Shown: positions 42,247-52,015, numbered from the stretch's first letter. The stretch: DNA of 64,000 nucleotides from Abditibacterium sp. (GCA_965199495.1 CBDASK010000003.1:3232001-3296000); one strand, 5' to 3'. A program made the numbers and translations. The notes: generated by a model from the sequence alone, not told the origin.

Positions 42247-43824
42247 ATGCGTAAAGGCCACACAATTACTGGACTTCAAGTTTTAGCACTCGATAACGCC
42301 GCCGATTTGGGGCATGTGCTCGATCTTGTTTTTGATCACGATGCCGATGAATGTTTAGGCATTCTGCTGCGCGAACACAGTATGTTTCACGCCGCCCAAG
42401 TCGTGCCGTGGAGCGAAATTCGTTCGATTGGCAAAGATGCCGTTATGATCGAAAGCGAACATTCGGTCATGGCGCCGGGCGACGATGCGCGCTTGAGCGC
42501 GGTCATGGAGCGCGACACCCATCTTTCCGGCACCAAAATCCTCACCGAAACCGGCGACCAAATCGGCTCATTTTCCGATATTTATCTGGACGAAAACACC
42601 GGGCGCGTCATCGGCTACGAAACTTCGGGCGGTCTGGTTTCGGACACGATGAGCGGCAAGCGTTTCATTCCCGCCGAAAAAACTGGCGATTTGCGCGTCG
42701 GCAACGATGTGTTGATGGCCGATCCGCAAATCGCCAGCGACTTCGAGCGTCAGGCTCAAGAAGAGCCGGGCGGCATCAAAGGCGCATTACAAAGTGCGAC
42801 GGATAAAGTCAGCGATACCTATCACAACGTCGCTGACGCTTCGGTTGATAAACAGAAAGAGTTCGTCGTCGGCAAACAGGCCGGGCGCGATGTTTATTTG
42901 CCCGCGCCGACGGGCGAAGCGATGTCCACTATCAACGAAGATCAGGCGATGGTCAAAGTTGGCGATGCCAATCTCGATCACGGGCCGTTGTTGGTGGCCA
43001 AAGGCGAGACAATTACCGCCGATCAGGCCGATACCGCGACCAACGCGGGCGTTTTGGGCACGCTTGTCACCGCCGCCGGTGGCGGCGTCGCGGGCAATTT
43101 GCTGGGCAGCGCGCAGGATAAATTGGGCGGCGCCAGAGACAGCGCGCAAGACAAGCTCGGCCAAGCGCAGGGAAGCGCCGCCGCACGCGGCAGTGATACG
43201 CAAGAGAATTTGCTGCAAAAAGTGGTTGGCCAACCCGCCGGAACCGATGTCGATTTGAAAGATGGCTCCACTTTGGTCGCGGCAGGCATGACGATTACGC
43301 AGGAAATTGTGAATCGCTCGAAAACCGTGGGTAAAGAAAAAGAGGTCATCGCTTCGGCGGGTTTGGGCACGGCTTCGGTCAAGGCGCAGGACACCTACGA
43401 TGCCGCCGCCGCCAAAGCGGGCGACGCGTGGGATTCTGTCAAGGGCACAACCGCCGATTTGACCGACAGCGCCAAGCAGAAGAAAAGCGAATTGGACGAC
43501 GCCGCGCAAAAGCGTAAAATCAATCACGCGCTGGGCCGCCCCATCACGCGCATTGTGTTGGCGCAGGATGACACCGTGATTCTCAATACGGGCGACATCA
43601 TCACGCACAAAGCGATTCGCATGGGCCGCGACAACGGCGTGATGGATGTGATTCTCGATTCGGTTTACGACCAAGAACCCGACATCACGCCCGAAATGGC
43701 GCGCGCGACGCAACCCGGCGCGGCGGCGCTGCCATCGCAAGCGCAACCGACGGGACATCCTATAACCGCCACCGTTTCGCCCGACCAGCCCTCGCAAGAT
43801 CAGCCGTCGCAGGGCGAGCGTTAA
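42247..43824 (+). CDS. PRC-barrel domain protein
   Basis: Two PRC-like units (LGHVLDLVFD...IGKDAVMI; IGSFSDIYLDENTGRVIGYETSGG) plus A/D/K-rich helical repeats. Confidence 0.82.
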   Translation: MRKGHTITGLQVLALDNAADLGHVLDLVFDHDADECLGILLREHSMFHAAQVVPWSEIRSIGKDAVMIESEHSVMAPGDDARLSAVMERDTHLSGTKILTETGDQIGSFSDIYLDENTGRVIGYETSGGLVSDTMSGKRFIPAEKTGDLRVGNDVLMADPQIASDFERQAQEEPGGIKGALQSATDKVSDTYHNVADASVDKQKEFVVGKQAGRDVYLPAPTGEAMSTINEDQAMVKVGDANLDHGPLLVAKGETITADQADTATNAGVLGTLVTAAGGGVAGNLLGSAQDKLGGARDSAQDKLGQAQGSAAARGSDTQENLLQKVVGQPAGTDVDLKDGSTLVAAGMTITQEIVNRSKTVGKEKEVIASAGLGTASVKAQDTYDAAAAKAGDAWDSVKGTTADLTDSAKQKKSELDDAAQKRKINHALGRPITRIVLAQDDTVILNTGDIITHKAIRMGRDNGVMDVILDSVYDQEPDITPEMARATQPGAAALPSQAQPTGHPITATVSPDQPSQDQPSQGER

Positions 43825-43838
43825 GAGGAAATTGTTGG

Positions 43839-43880
43839 AAACAAATCGCCGCGCGTGCAAACGCGCGGCGATTTGTTTTT
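43839..43880 (+). terminator. Intrinsic terminator
   Basis: AAACAAATCGCCGCGCGT-GCAA-ACGCGCGGCGATTTGTTTTT. Confidence 0.8.
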
Positions 43881-43909
43881 ACGCGCCGGTATATAACCCC
43901 TGATGACGC

Positions 43910-44010
43910 AGAGTCTACACTGGCGGGGCTGACGCCTCTTTCCAATCAGCGATCTTTCTTCGCTCTTACGCTGATTGGAAGAAGGCGTCAGCCCCGCCAG
44001 TGTAGACTCT
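43910..44010. repeat. Inverted repeat, GGCGGGGCTGACGC family, copy 1 (42-bp arms)
   Basis: AGAGTCTACACTGGCGGGGCTGACGCCTCTTTCCAATCAGCG and a near reverse complement; related to 52016-52103. Confidence 0.88.
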
Positions 44011-44064
44011 CCCTGAGAAGGTCTCTTATGCGTCCGTCGCCCAATTCGGTTACTATTTAAATCC

Positions 44065-45081
44065 GTGATTTTAAATTATTGTAACCCGGTCTGCCCGGAG
44101 TATTTCGCCGATCCATTCGCCCTGAAGCACGACGATTGGTATTATGCCTATGGAACTTCGGGAGCCGAGAGCGACAACAGCGCGTTTCCCGTGACGCGTT
44201 CGCGCGATTTGACGAGTTGGGAGCCGTTGGGCACTGCGCTGCAAGTCGAAGCGCAGTTTTGTGGCGGCGCGCATTGGGCGCCCGAAGTCGCGTTTCGCGA
44301 GGGCGTTTTCTGGATGTATTATTCGGCGGCACCAGCCACGGCGAACCGCGACAACGATGCCGACGATGCCAATCATCGTTTGCGCGTGGCGCGCGCGGAC
44401 AATCCCGTCGGCCCGTTTCGCGATTGCGGCGTTTATGTGGCGCCTGATGAAAAATTCTCGATTGACGCCCATCCGTTTCGCGACCCGCAAACCGGCGACT
44501 GGTATCTGTTTTTCGCCAAAGATTTCTTCGACGAACGCGTCGGCACCGCTATCGTTGTGGCGCGCCTGGGCGACGATATGACGAGTCTGGCGAGCGAAGT
44601 TCAGACCGCCGTGCGTCCGTCGGGCGACTGGCAAATCTACGAGCGCGACCGTTTTATTTATGGCAAAACCTGGGACGCGTGGCACACGGTCGAAGGGCCG
44701 TTCGTGGTTTTTCGCGAGGGACTTTATTACTGTTTTTATTCGGGCGGCGCGTGGCACGGCGACGATTATGGCGTGAGCTACGCCGTGGCTGCTCATCCGC
44801 TGGGGCCGTGGGAAAACGCGCCGCAAGATGACCCGGTTGTGCTGCGCGGCGTGCCCGGCAAAGTGATCGGGCCGGGCCACAATTCGGTCGTTGTCGGGCC
44901 GGACGATCAAACGTTATTTTGCGTTTATCACGCTTGGGACGCGGCTAAAACCGCGCGCCGTTTGTGCATTGATCCATTGGTGTGGGAGCAAAACGAAGGC
45001 GCCGTCGGGCCGCACGTTTTGGGGCCGACTTTTACGGAGCAAACGTTGGAATTGCCGATTCAATTGCCTCTTGCGATATAA
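44065..45081 (+). CDS. Glycoside hydrolase family 43
   Basis: FADPFAL, HWAPEV, SIDAHPF, VEGPFV, GPGHNSV. Confidence 0.9.
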   Translation: MILNYCNPVCPEYFADPFALKHDDWYYAYGTSGAESDNSAFPVTRSRDLTSWEPLGTALQVEAQFCGGAHWAPEVAFREGVFWMYYSAAPATANRDNDADDANHRLRVARADNPVGPFRDCGVYVAPDEKFSIDAHPFRDPQTGDWYLFFAKDFFDERVGTAIVVARLGDDMTSLASEVQTAVRPSGDWQIYERDRFIYGKTWDAWHTVEGPFVVFREGLYYCFYSGGAWHGDDYGVSYAVAAHPLGPWENAPQDDPVVLRGVPGKVIGPGHNSVVVGPDDQTLFCVYHAWDAAKTARRLCIDPLVWEQNEGAVGPHVLGPTFTEQTLELPIQLPLAI

Positions 45082-45178
45082 AATCGCAGCCAAGAAAGTG
45101 GTCGGCTTTCGCCGACAGGTAGAACTTGCTTATGTCGGCGAAGGCCGACCACTTTCTTGGCTGCGATTTTATATCGCA
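45072..45178. repeat. REPIN-like inverted repeat, family A copy 2
   Basis: TGCGATATAAAATCGCAGCCAAGAAAGTGGTCGGCTTTCGCCGACA and a near reverse complement; contains the GH43 stop codon. Confidence 0.9.
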
Positions 45179-45229
45179 TCTCATCTTTGCGTTCTCGTTT
45201 GGCGCGTCGCTTGCGAATAAATTTCCCTA

Positions 45230-46246
45230 ATGAATTTAACTCCCGATTCCGCGCTTTCTCACGCGCCCGATGACGCGTCCAAAGGCAACGCTCGCACCCT
45301 CGCGAATCCGGCCAAATGGAAAAGTATTGGCGCTTTCGATTCCGACGAGGGCGAAGTCGTCTGGGGCGAAATTACCGGTTCGGGCGGCGGCGTTTATCAC
45401 ACGCGCGTCGAAATTGACGAACCGGCGTTTCGCTGCACCTGCCCCTCGCGCAAATTGCCCTGCAAACATGGGCTTGGGCTTTTGCTGTTGCGCGCCCAAG
45501 ACCCCGGCGCCTTCAAGGCGCCGCCGCCCGAATGGGCGTTGGACGAAGTCGCCGAAGTTGACGTTCAAGGTCTCGAATTGCCCGCCGCGTGGCAAAATGT
45601 TTTGGGCGGCGAAACCCAGAAATTTTACTTCAAAGAATTGGAAAAATTCGTTTCGCAGGAGCGCCACAAACACACGGTTTACCCGCCCATCGGCCAGGAG
45701 TTCGCCGCCCTCGATGCGGTCGCGCCCAAAAACGTGAAAGTTTTCATTCTGGGCCAAGACCCTTATCACGGGCCGGGGCAGGCGCACGGCATGGCGTTTT
45801 CGGTGCGGCCCGGCGTGGCTCCTCCTCCGTCGCTGGGCAATATCTTCCGCGAACTGCGCGACGATTTGGCGATTCCCCTGCCGCACAACGGCTATCTGAT
45901 GGGCTGGGCGCGGCAGGGCGTTTTGCTGCTCAACGCGGTTTTGACCGTCAGGCGCAGCGAGGCCAATTCGCACAAAAGCCAGGGTTGGGAAAAGTTCACC
46001 GACGCCGTTATTAAAGCGGTCAGCGACGGCGATGATCCGGTTGTTTTCGTGTTGTGGGGCAACTACGCGCAGAAGAAAGAAAAGCTGATTGACGCCGACA
46101 AACACACGATCATCAAATCGGCGCATCCCTCGCCGCTATCGGCGCATAACGGATTTTTCGGCTCCAAACCATTTTCCAAAATTAACGATGCGTTGGAAAA
46201 AGAAGGCCGCAAACCGATTGATTGGTCGAATTTCGAGGAAGAATAA
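45230..46246 (+). CDS. ung: Uracil-DNA glycosylase (family 1) with N-terminal SWIM zinc-finger domain
   Basis: CTCPSRKLPCKH (SWIM), then ILGQDPYHG, GVLLLNAVLTV and HPSPLSA in one frame. Confidence 0.9.
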   Translation: MNLTPDSALSHAPDDASKGNARTLANPAKWKSIGAFDSDEGEVVWGEITGSGGGVYHTRVEIDEPAFRCTCPSRKLPCKHGLGLLLLRAQDPGAFKAPPPEWALDEVAEVDVQGLELPAAWQNVLGGETQKFYFKELEKFVSQERHKHTVYPPIGQEFAALDAVAPKNVKVFILGQDPYHGPGQAHGMAFSVRPGVAPPPSLGNIFRELRDDLAIPLPHNGYLMGWARQGVLLLNAVLTVRRSEANSHKSQGWEKFTDAVIKAVSDGDDPVVFVLWGNYAQKKEKLIDADKHTIIKSAHPSPLSAHNGFFGSKPFSKINDALEKEGRKPIDWSNFEEE

Positions 46247-46287
46247 GTAGTGGCTTTCTTCAAAGTGGTTTGGAGTAAGCACGTAAT

Positions 46288-47354
46288 TGTCAAGTCCCAT
46301 GAGGTTGTAAACGGTAAGCGAGCAATTCGGTTGGGTCTTTGCGAAAGAGTTCGGGCTGTTTTTGGTGCCAGTTGCAGACGGCCTGATAAGGCGTGATGCG
46401 TCCGATCTGGCGGTGGCTGCGGCTGAAGTTGTAGAAGACAAACCAACGATGAAGATCGTCCTTCATCTCCTGTGCGTTGTCGTAGATCTGGCGTTTGGTC
46501 GTGCCTTCTTTGATTAGACCGTTGGCCCGTTCCACCATTCCATTGGTTTTGGGCGTGTAAGGCCGTGTTTGGCGGTGTTCGATTGCGTTGTCATGGCAGA
46601 TCTGGGTGAAGAGCGAGAGCTTTTTGGCGCGGTCGTAGCGATTGCGGAAAGTATTGAGGGTGAACTCGCGCCCGTTGTCGGTGAGTATCTTCTCGATTGT
46701 AAACGGGAAGAACTGCAGACAGCGCCGCAGAAAGTGCGTGGCTGCGTCGCCGTTGCGGGTGGGGTAAACCGCCAGATAGAGCAGACGAGTGGCGCGGTCG
46801 ATGGCCACATAGCAATAATACTTCTGTCCGCCCAGTTTGGGCAAGTAGAAGCAGTCGATGTGCAAAAAGCCGGGGCCGTATTCTTTGAATGTGCCCCGGT
46901 GTCCCGTGGGCTGTTGCTCCTTTTTGGGTAAGCGGCTGCAGCCGTTGCGGCGCAGCAGACGGTGCAAACTCGAACGGCGCAGATGCGGCATGAGCGGCGC
47001 CATGGCGTCGAAGAGGTCATCGAGCGAGAGTTCGCCCGTTTGCCGCAGCCACAGCAGTAGAGATTCTTCCTCTTCTTGCAGAGCGTAATGAATGTTGTCC
47101 GGGCGGCACGAGCGGTCAAAGCGATCTTCTCGATGCGTCCACTTGTGAACGGTGGCGAGGGAGACGCCCAGATTGTGGGCTAATGTGCGCATCGTTTGTG
47201 TGCTATTGCGGATAAGTTGGCGTTGCCGGGGGCAAGTCGCTGCGTTAGAATGAAGTTGCATTCGGTGGGGTTCCTTTGCTTGGTCGCTAAGAAAGCCTAC
47301 CGGATGTCACTCGCTTTTACCTCCTTTCTGTTCAGTTTGTGGTGGGACTCGACA
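46288..47354. mobile_element. IS481-family insertion sequence (1067 bp)
   Basis: TGT...ACA ends; IRs TGTCAAGTCCCA / TGGGACTCGACA match at 11 of 12; flanks CGTAAT / CGTAAG. Confidence 0.9.
46290..47261 (-). CDS. IS481-family transposase
   Basis: LHSNAAT start, PGFLHID, ILTDNGREF, PYTPKTNGMVERANG. Confidence 0.93.
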   Translation of the reverse strand: MQLHSNAATCPRQRQLIRNSTQTMRTLAHNLGVSLATVHKWTHREDRFDRSCRPDNIHYALQEEEESLLLWLRQTGELSLDDLFDAMAPLMPHLRRSSLHRLLRRNGCSRLPKKEQQPTGHRGTFKEYGPGFLHIDCFYLPKLGGQKYYCYVAIDRATRLLYLAVYPTRNGDAATHFLRRCLQFFPFTIEKILTDNGREFTLNTFRNRYDRAKKLSLFTQICHDNAIEHRQTRPYTPKTNGMVERANGLIKEGTTKRQIYDNAQEMKDDLHRWFVFYNFSRSHRQIGRITPYQAVCNWHQKQPELFRKDPTELLAYRLQPHGT

Positions 47355-47546
47355 CGTAAGTGCCTCCAAGCATCAGTTTTCATTTACAATTCAGCAAGAT
47401 CATCCGTTGGAGGCACTTACGTGCCCACTCCAAACCACTTTGAAGAAAGCCACTACCGAAGAATAGAGCATTGTTTGACGTTGGCTTTACAGCATTTCGC
47501 GAATTTCGGTCACACACGCGCGCTCAACTCGGCAAAACTGAGGGCA

Positions 47547-48338
47547 ATGAACCTTCAACCTTATCTCGATTTTACCGTTGAACTGGCGCAGGCCAGCGCC
47601 GAGGTGATCGTGCCGCTGTTTGGCCAACGCGAGTGCGGCCTCGAAATCAAAGCCGACGATTCGCCCGTCACCATCGCCGACCGCGAATCGGAGCGCGTGA
47701 TGCGCGCGATGATTAACGCGAAATTTCCCAATCACGGCATTATCGGCGAAGAGTTCGGATCCCAAAACGTCGAATCCGAATGGGTCTGGGTGCTCGATCC
47801 CGTGGATGGCACGCGCTCGTTTGTCGCGGGCATTCCGCTTTTTGGCACTTTGATTGGCTTGCTGCACAACGGCAAACCAGTCGTCGGTTGCGTCAATCAA
47901 CCGATTTTACGGCAGTTGCTCATCGGCGATAACCATACGGCCACGCTCAACGGCGAAACGGTGCGCGCCAGCTCGAACGATGATTTGAGTTGCGCGCTGT
48001 TGCTGACGACTGACCCGCTTCGTCCGGCGAATTGTCACTGCGGCGAGCGCTGGGGCCAATTGGCGTGCGAAGTCGGCACGGTGCGCACCTGGGGCGATTG
48101 CTATGGGTTTCTCATGGTCGCCACGGGCCGCGCCGACATGATGATTGACACGCGCATGGCAGCGTGGGATATTTTGCCGATTGTGCCGTGTTTGCGCGGC
48201 GCTGGCGCGCAAATCTCGTCTTGGGACGGCTCGCCGATGCTCGACTTTGAACCGTCGCATTTGGAGGGCAAACCCTATTCGTGCGTGGCGACGGCGCCCG
48301 CGCTGCACGCGCGGGTCTTGGAACTGTTGAACAGCTAA
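47547..48338 (+). CDS. Inositol monophosphatase family protein (HisN-like histidinol-phosphate phosphatase)
   Basis: SPVTIADRESE, GEEFG, WVLDPVDGTRSF, WGDCYG, WDI. Confidence 0.85.
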   Translation: MNLQPYLDFTVELAQASAEVIVPLFGQRECGLEIKADDSPVTIADRESERVMRAMINAKFPNHGIIGEEFGSQNVESEWVWVLDPVDGTRSFVAGIPLFGTLIGLLHNGKPVVGCVNQPILRQLLIGDNHTATLNGETVRASSNDDLSCALLLTTDPLRPANCHCGERWGQLACEVGTVRTWGDCYGFLMVATGRADMMIDTRMAAWDILPIVPCLRGAGAQISSWDGSPMLDFEPSHLEGKPYSCVATAPALHARVLELLNS

Positions 48339-48429
48339 ATAAACGCGCCAAAAGTTGCCTCAAGGCGCCGCGCGTGATAACTTATTCATGCTCCGGCGCG
48401 GCTTGAAAAGCGCGCATAGAACATCTCTT

Positions 48430-48912
48430 ATGGCGGAACCCCAAGAAATTGACTGGCCCGCGCAGGTCGCGTATTTGCGCGAATTGGCGCGCATCGTTCA
48501 CGACGAAAAACTCTCGCGGCTCGACATCGAAAGCGACGGCATGACGTGGACGCTCAAAGCTGCGCCGACGGCCATCGCGCAAGTCGTTGCGGTTGAAGCG
48601 GGCGCGCCCGTGGCTGCCATGGCTAACAGCGTTGCTCCGGTCAGTGCGGCAGCGACTCCAGCAGCCACGCTGGAGTTGACGCCGTTGCCGTCGCCGATGG
48701 TGGGCGTATTTTATCACGCGCCTTCGCCCGGCGAACCCAACTTTGTCGAAATCGGTGATCGCGTGGAACGCGGCCAAACTATCGGCATGATTGAGGCGAT
48801 GAAAGTTTTTAACGAAATCACCGCCGAAGCGAGCGGAACTCTGGTGGAAATTCCGGTGGGCAACGGCCAACTCGTCGAAACCGGCATGCCGTTGATGCTA
48901 CTGAAAGGCTAA
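48430..48912 (+). CDS. accB: Acetyl-CoA carboxylase biotin carboxyl carrier protein
   Basis: Ala/Pro linker, SPMVGVFY, IEAMKVFNEI. Confidence 0.92.
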   Translation: MAEPQEIDWPAQVAYLRELARIVHDEKLSRLDIESDGMTWTLKAAPTAIAQVVAVEAGAPVAAMANSVAPVSAAATPAATLELTPLPSPMVGVFYHAPSPGEPNFVEIGDRVERGQTIGMIEAMKVFNEITAEASGTLVEIPVGNGQLVETGMPLMLLKG

Positions 48913-48916
48913 TTCA

Positions 48917-49020
48917 GGAGACGAGGGAAACAGGAGACAAGGGAAACAGGAGTTGCGGGACGCGTTGAGTTTGCAGGTGTCCCATCTTCTGTCTCCCTCG
49001 TCTCCCTCGTCTCCTTCCCC
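48917..49020. repeat. Inverted short tandem repeat tracts (GGAGACGAG / CTCGTCTCC units)
   Basis: GGAGACGAGGGAAACAGGAGACAAGGG ... GTCTCCCTCGTCTCCCTCGTCTCC. Confidence 0.7.
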
Positions 49021-49023
49021 ATT

Positions 49024-50322
49024 ATGTCCCCAATTAACGTCGGAATTATCGGCCTTGGAACTGTTGGCGGCGGCGCCTTCCAAATCCTCGAACGCAACGC
49101 CGCGCGCATTCAGGCGCGCGTGGGCGCGCCCATTCGCCTGAAGCGCGTCGCCACGCGCACGCCGCAACGCGCCCTGGACGCGGGCATTGACGCCGCCATC
49201 GTGTCCGACGATGTCGAAGCGCTCCTCAACGACGATTCGATTGACATCGTCGCCGAACTTATCGGCGGCATCGAACCGGCGCGCAGCTATATTTTGCGCG
49301 CGCTTGAGAGCGGCAAATCGGTCGTCACGGCCAACAAAGAACTCATCGCCAAACACGGGACGGAAATCCGCGCCGCCGCCGAACGCGCGGGCGTTGACGT
49401 GTTATTTGAAGGCTCGGTCGGTGCGGGCATTCCCTTGATTAAATCGCTGCGCGAAAGTTTGGCGGGCAACGAGATTAGCGAAGTTTTGGGCATTTTGAAC
49501 GGCACGACCAATTTCATCCTGACCAAAATGACGCAGGAAGGCGCCGATTTCGGCGAAGTTTTGGCCGAAGCCCAGAAGTTGGGCTACGCCGAAGCCGACT
49601 CGACGGCGGATGTGGACGGTTTCGATACGATGTATAAGCTGGCGATTTTAGCGGGCATCTGTTTCGATACGCCCGTTGACATCGGCGATATTTATCGCGA
49701 GGGCATTCGCGGCGTCAGCGCACGCGATATTGATTACGCGACCGAATTGGGCTACGTTATCAAGTTAATCGCGCTGGGCCGCCGCGATCCCGACGGGCGT
49801 TTGGAACTGCGCGTGCATCCGACGTTGTTGCCACACTCGCACCCGCTCGCGAGCGTCAACGACAGTTTCAACGCGGTCTGGGTGCGCGGCGATGCCGTGG
49901 GCGACGTGATGTTTTACGGACGCGGCGCGGGCGATTTGCCCACCGGCAGCGCCGTCGTGGCTGATATTATCGAGGCCGCGCGCAACCGCGCCCGCAACAT
50001 TCGCACGCCCGATCATTCGCCCGAAGAAAAAGCGTGTATTCAACCGTTCGAGAACGCCTACACGCGCTTTTGTGTGCGGATGCAGGTCGGCGATTTGCCC
50101 GGCACCATCGCCCAGATCGCCGGAGTTTTCGGCGCGGCGGGCGTTTCTATCGAAAGCATCGTGCAGCGCCATCGCGACCGCGACAGCGCGGGCGGTTTCG
50201 CCGAAATTTTCTGGATGATGCACCACTCCACGCAAAGCGCGATGAACGATTCGCTCGAAGAACTGAAAAAGTTGGATGTCGTGCGCGAAGTCTCCAGCGT
50301 TTTGCGCGTCGAAGGCGAGTAA
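49024..50322 (+). CDS. hom: Homoserine dehydrogenase with C-terminal ACT domain
   Basis: GLGTVGGG, VVTANKEL, GILNGTTNFIL, AQKLGYAEAD, GRGAG. Confidence 0.95.
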   Translation: MSPINVGIIGLGTVGGGAFQILERNAARIQARVGAPIRLKRVATRTPQRALDAGIDAAIVSDDVEALLNDDSIDIVAELIGGIEPARSYILRALESGKSVVTANKELIAKHGTEIRAAAERAGVDVLFEGSVGAGIPLIKSLRESLAGNEISEVLGILNGTTNFILTKMTQEGADFGEVLAEAQKLGYAEADSTADVDGFDTMYKLAILAGICFDTPVDIGDIYREGIRGVSARDIDYATELGYVIKLIALGRRDPDGRLELRVHPTLLPHSHPLASVNDSFNAVWVRGDAVGDVMFYGRGAGDLPTGSAVVADIIEAARNRARNIRTPDHSPEEKACIQPFENAYTRFCVRMQVGDLPGTIAQIAGVFGAAGVSIESIVQRHRDRDSAGGFAEIFWMMHHSTQSAMNDSLEELKKLDVVREVSSVLRVEGE

Positions 50323-50361
50323 TTGCGCCCAACGCGCGTTCGTGGCATCCTGTGAAGCGAA

Positions 50362-51009
50362 ATGAAAATTCGACTTTTGCTCACTGCTTTGTGTTTGATT
50401 GCAGCGCCCGCATCGCACGTTTGGGCGCAAACTGCGGCGCCCGAAACCGCAGCACCCGAAACCGTGCGCCCGACAATTACGACTACTGGTCAGGTCAACA
50501 AACCGGGCAAATTTCCGTTTGTTGAGGGCGAAAAATTGTCTGCGCTTCTGGAACGAGCTGGCGGTGCGACCGCCATAGCCTCAACTAAAGAACTCTACGT
50601 TTTGCGCGACGGCGTGGTTATTCGGATCGATTTATCGGGATCGCAGACGGGGAAATTCGTTTTGCGCGAAGGGGATACTTTGGTCGTGCCCCAAGACTTG
50701 CGCCAGATATTTGTGATGGGAAATGTTGTCCGGCCCGGATACTATCCCATGAAAGAGAAAAAACCAACGTTCGTTTGGGAGGCGTTGATGTTAGCGGGCG
50801 GCCCCTCGGCTAATTCCGCCAACATTTATGTTGGCATCATCCGCAGAGAGCCGAAACTTTCCGATGACTGGTATGATTGGCCCACCGATATAAACGCGCC
50901 ATTGTTTCAGATTCCCTTGCAAGAGGGTGACGGGATTTACGTAACAAATCATAAACCAGTAAGCGGCCTTCAACTGCTCCACGACTTCATCACAACTGAC
51001 AAAATATGA
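50362..51009 (+). CDS. Secreted SLBB-domain protein
   Basis: Signal peptide; two SLBB units (GQVNKPG...LLERAGG; GNVVRPG...ALMLAGG). Confidence 0.8.
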   Translation: MKIRLLLTALCLIAAPASHVWAQTAAPETAAPETVRPTITTTGQVNKPGKFPFVEGEKLSALLERAGGATAIASTKELYVLRDGVVIRIDLSGSQTGKFVLREGDTLVVPQDLRQIFVMGNVVRPGYYPMKEKKPTFVWEALMLAGGPSANSANIYVGIIRREPKLSDDWYDWPTDINAPLFQIPLQEGDGIYVTNHKPVSGLQLLHDFITTDKI

Positions 51010-51962
51010 AAATAATTTCCTACGGTGAACTTTTAATTGACATGGTTTCGTCCGCGCCCGACGCGGCGATTGGCGCGGCGCTCGACTGGGTCAAAGCGCC
51101 CGGCGGCGCGCCCGCTAATGTCGCGGTCGGCGTGCAACGTCTGGGCGCGCAAGCCGAGTTTTGGGGCGCGGTCGGCGACGATCCGTTTGGCGAATTTCTG
51201 CGCGAAGTCGTGGGCGCCGAAGGCGTGAATGTCGCGCGTTTGCAATTGCGCCCGGAGCGCACGACGATCGCGTTTGTGGCGACTTTGGCGAGCGGCAATA
51301 AAGAGATTTGCTTTTATCGCCATCCCGGCGCCGACGTGCATTTCGACATTTCGCAAATCGGAGCCGACGCGTTCGAGGGCGCCGATATTTTCCATTGTGG
51401 CAGCGTCAGTTTGAGTTTGGAGCCGAGCCGCAGCGCGCAATTTGAATTGGCGAAACGCGCGCGCGCGGCGGGCACATTGGTTTCTTTCGATCCGAATTGG
51501 CGCCCATCTTTGTGGAACGATTTCGACGCAGCGCGCGAATTGATCTGGCAAATGATTCCACTGTCGGACATCGTCAAAGTCGCCGACGAAGAATGGGAAT
51601 TCGTCACCGGCACGCCCGATTTCGCCGAGGGCGCGCGCAAAATTCGCGAACTTGGCCCGCGCCTCGTCGTGATGACGCGCGGCGCGCAGGGCGCCAGTTG
51701 GAATTGCGCGGCGGGGCAAGGCGAAGTTGGCGGCTTTTCGGCCAAAGCGATTGACACGTTGGGCGCGGGCGATTCGTTCGTGGCGGGCATGCTCTATCAA
51801 GTCGGCGTGGCTGCATCGCTCGACGAAGTGTTAAACGCCGATTCGCTGAATGAAATTTTGCGATTTGCCAACGCGTGCGGCGCCATCGCCACGCAAAAAG
51901 CGGGCGCGATTCCAGCGTTGCCGACGCGCGATGAGGTTGAGGCGTTTATGGCAAACGCGTGA
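51006..51962 (+). CDS. PfkB-family carbohydrate kinase (fructokinase-like)
   Basis: PGGAPANVAVG, SFDPNWR, DTLGAGDSFVAG. Confidence 0.92.
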   Translation: MKIISYGELLIDMVSSAPDAAIGAALDWVKAPGGAPANVAVGVQRLGAQAEFWGAVGDDPFGEFLREVVGAEGVNVARLQLRPERTTIAFVATLASGNKEICFYRHPGADVHFDISQIGADAFEGADIFHCGSVSLSLEPSRSAQFELAKRARAAGTLVSFDPNWRPSLWNDFDAARELIWQMIPLSDIVKVADEEWEFVTGTPDFAEGARKIRELGPRLVVMTRGAQGASWNCAAGQGEVGGFSAKAIDTLGAGDSFVAGMLYQVGVAASLDEVLNADSLNEILRFANACGAIATQKAGAIPALPTRDEVEAFMANA

Positions 51963-52015
51963 GTTTTTCTCTCTACAGAGGCGCTCTGTAAGAAAAAATT
52001 TTAGATAACCCTTAC

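Larger units (their letters stand above)
46247..47456. repeat. GTAG-ended REPIN-like palindrome interrupted by IS481
   Basis: Left arm is 46247-46287 plus 47355-47369; right arm is 47407-47456 (TTGGAGGCACTTACGTGC..CAAACCACTTTGAAGAAAGCCACTAC). Confidence 0.85.

Noticed and set aside
29826..47354. Composite transposon bounded by the two IS elements
   Set aside because: The elements belong to different families, each has its own target duplication, and they enclose core genes.
41358..47456. Genomic island integrated at tRNA-Gln
   Set aside because: No integrase, no duplicated tRNA 3' end seen, and the downstream genes look host-like.
47196..47546. N-terminal extension of the 380-aa IMPase ORF
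   Set aside because: It runs through the IS481 end and the palindrome; the likely start is ATG 47547.
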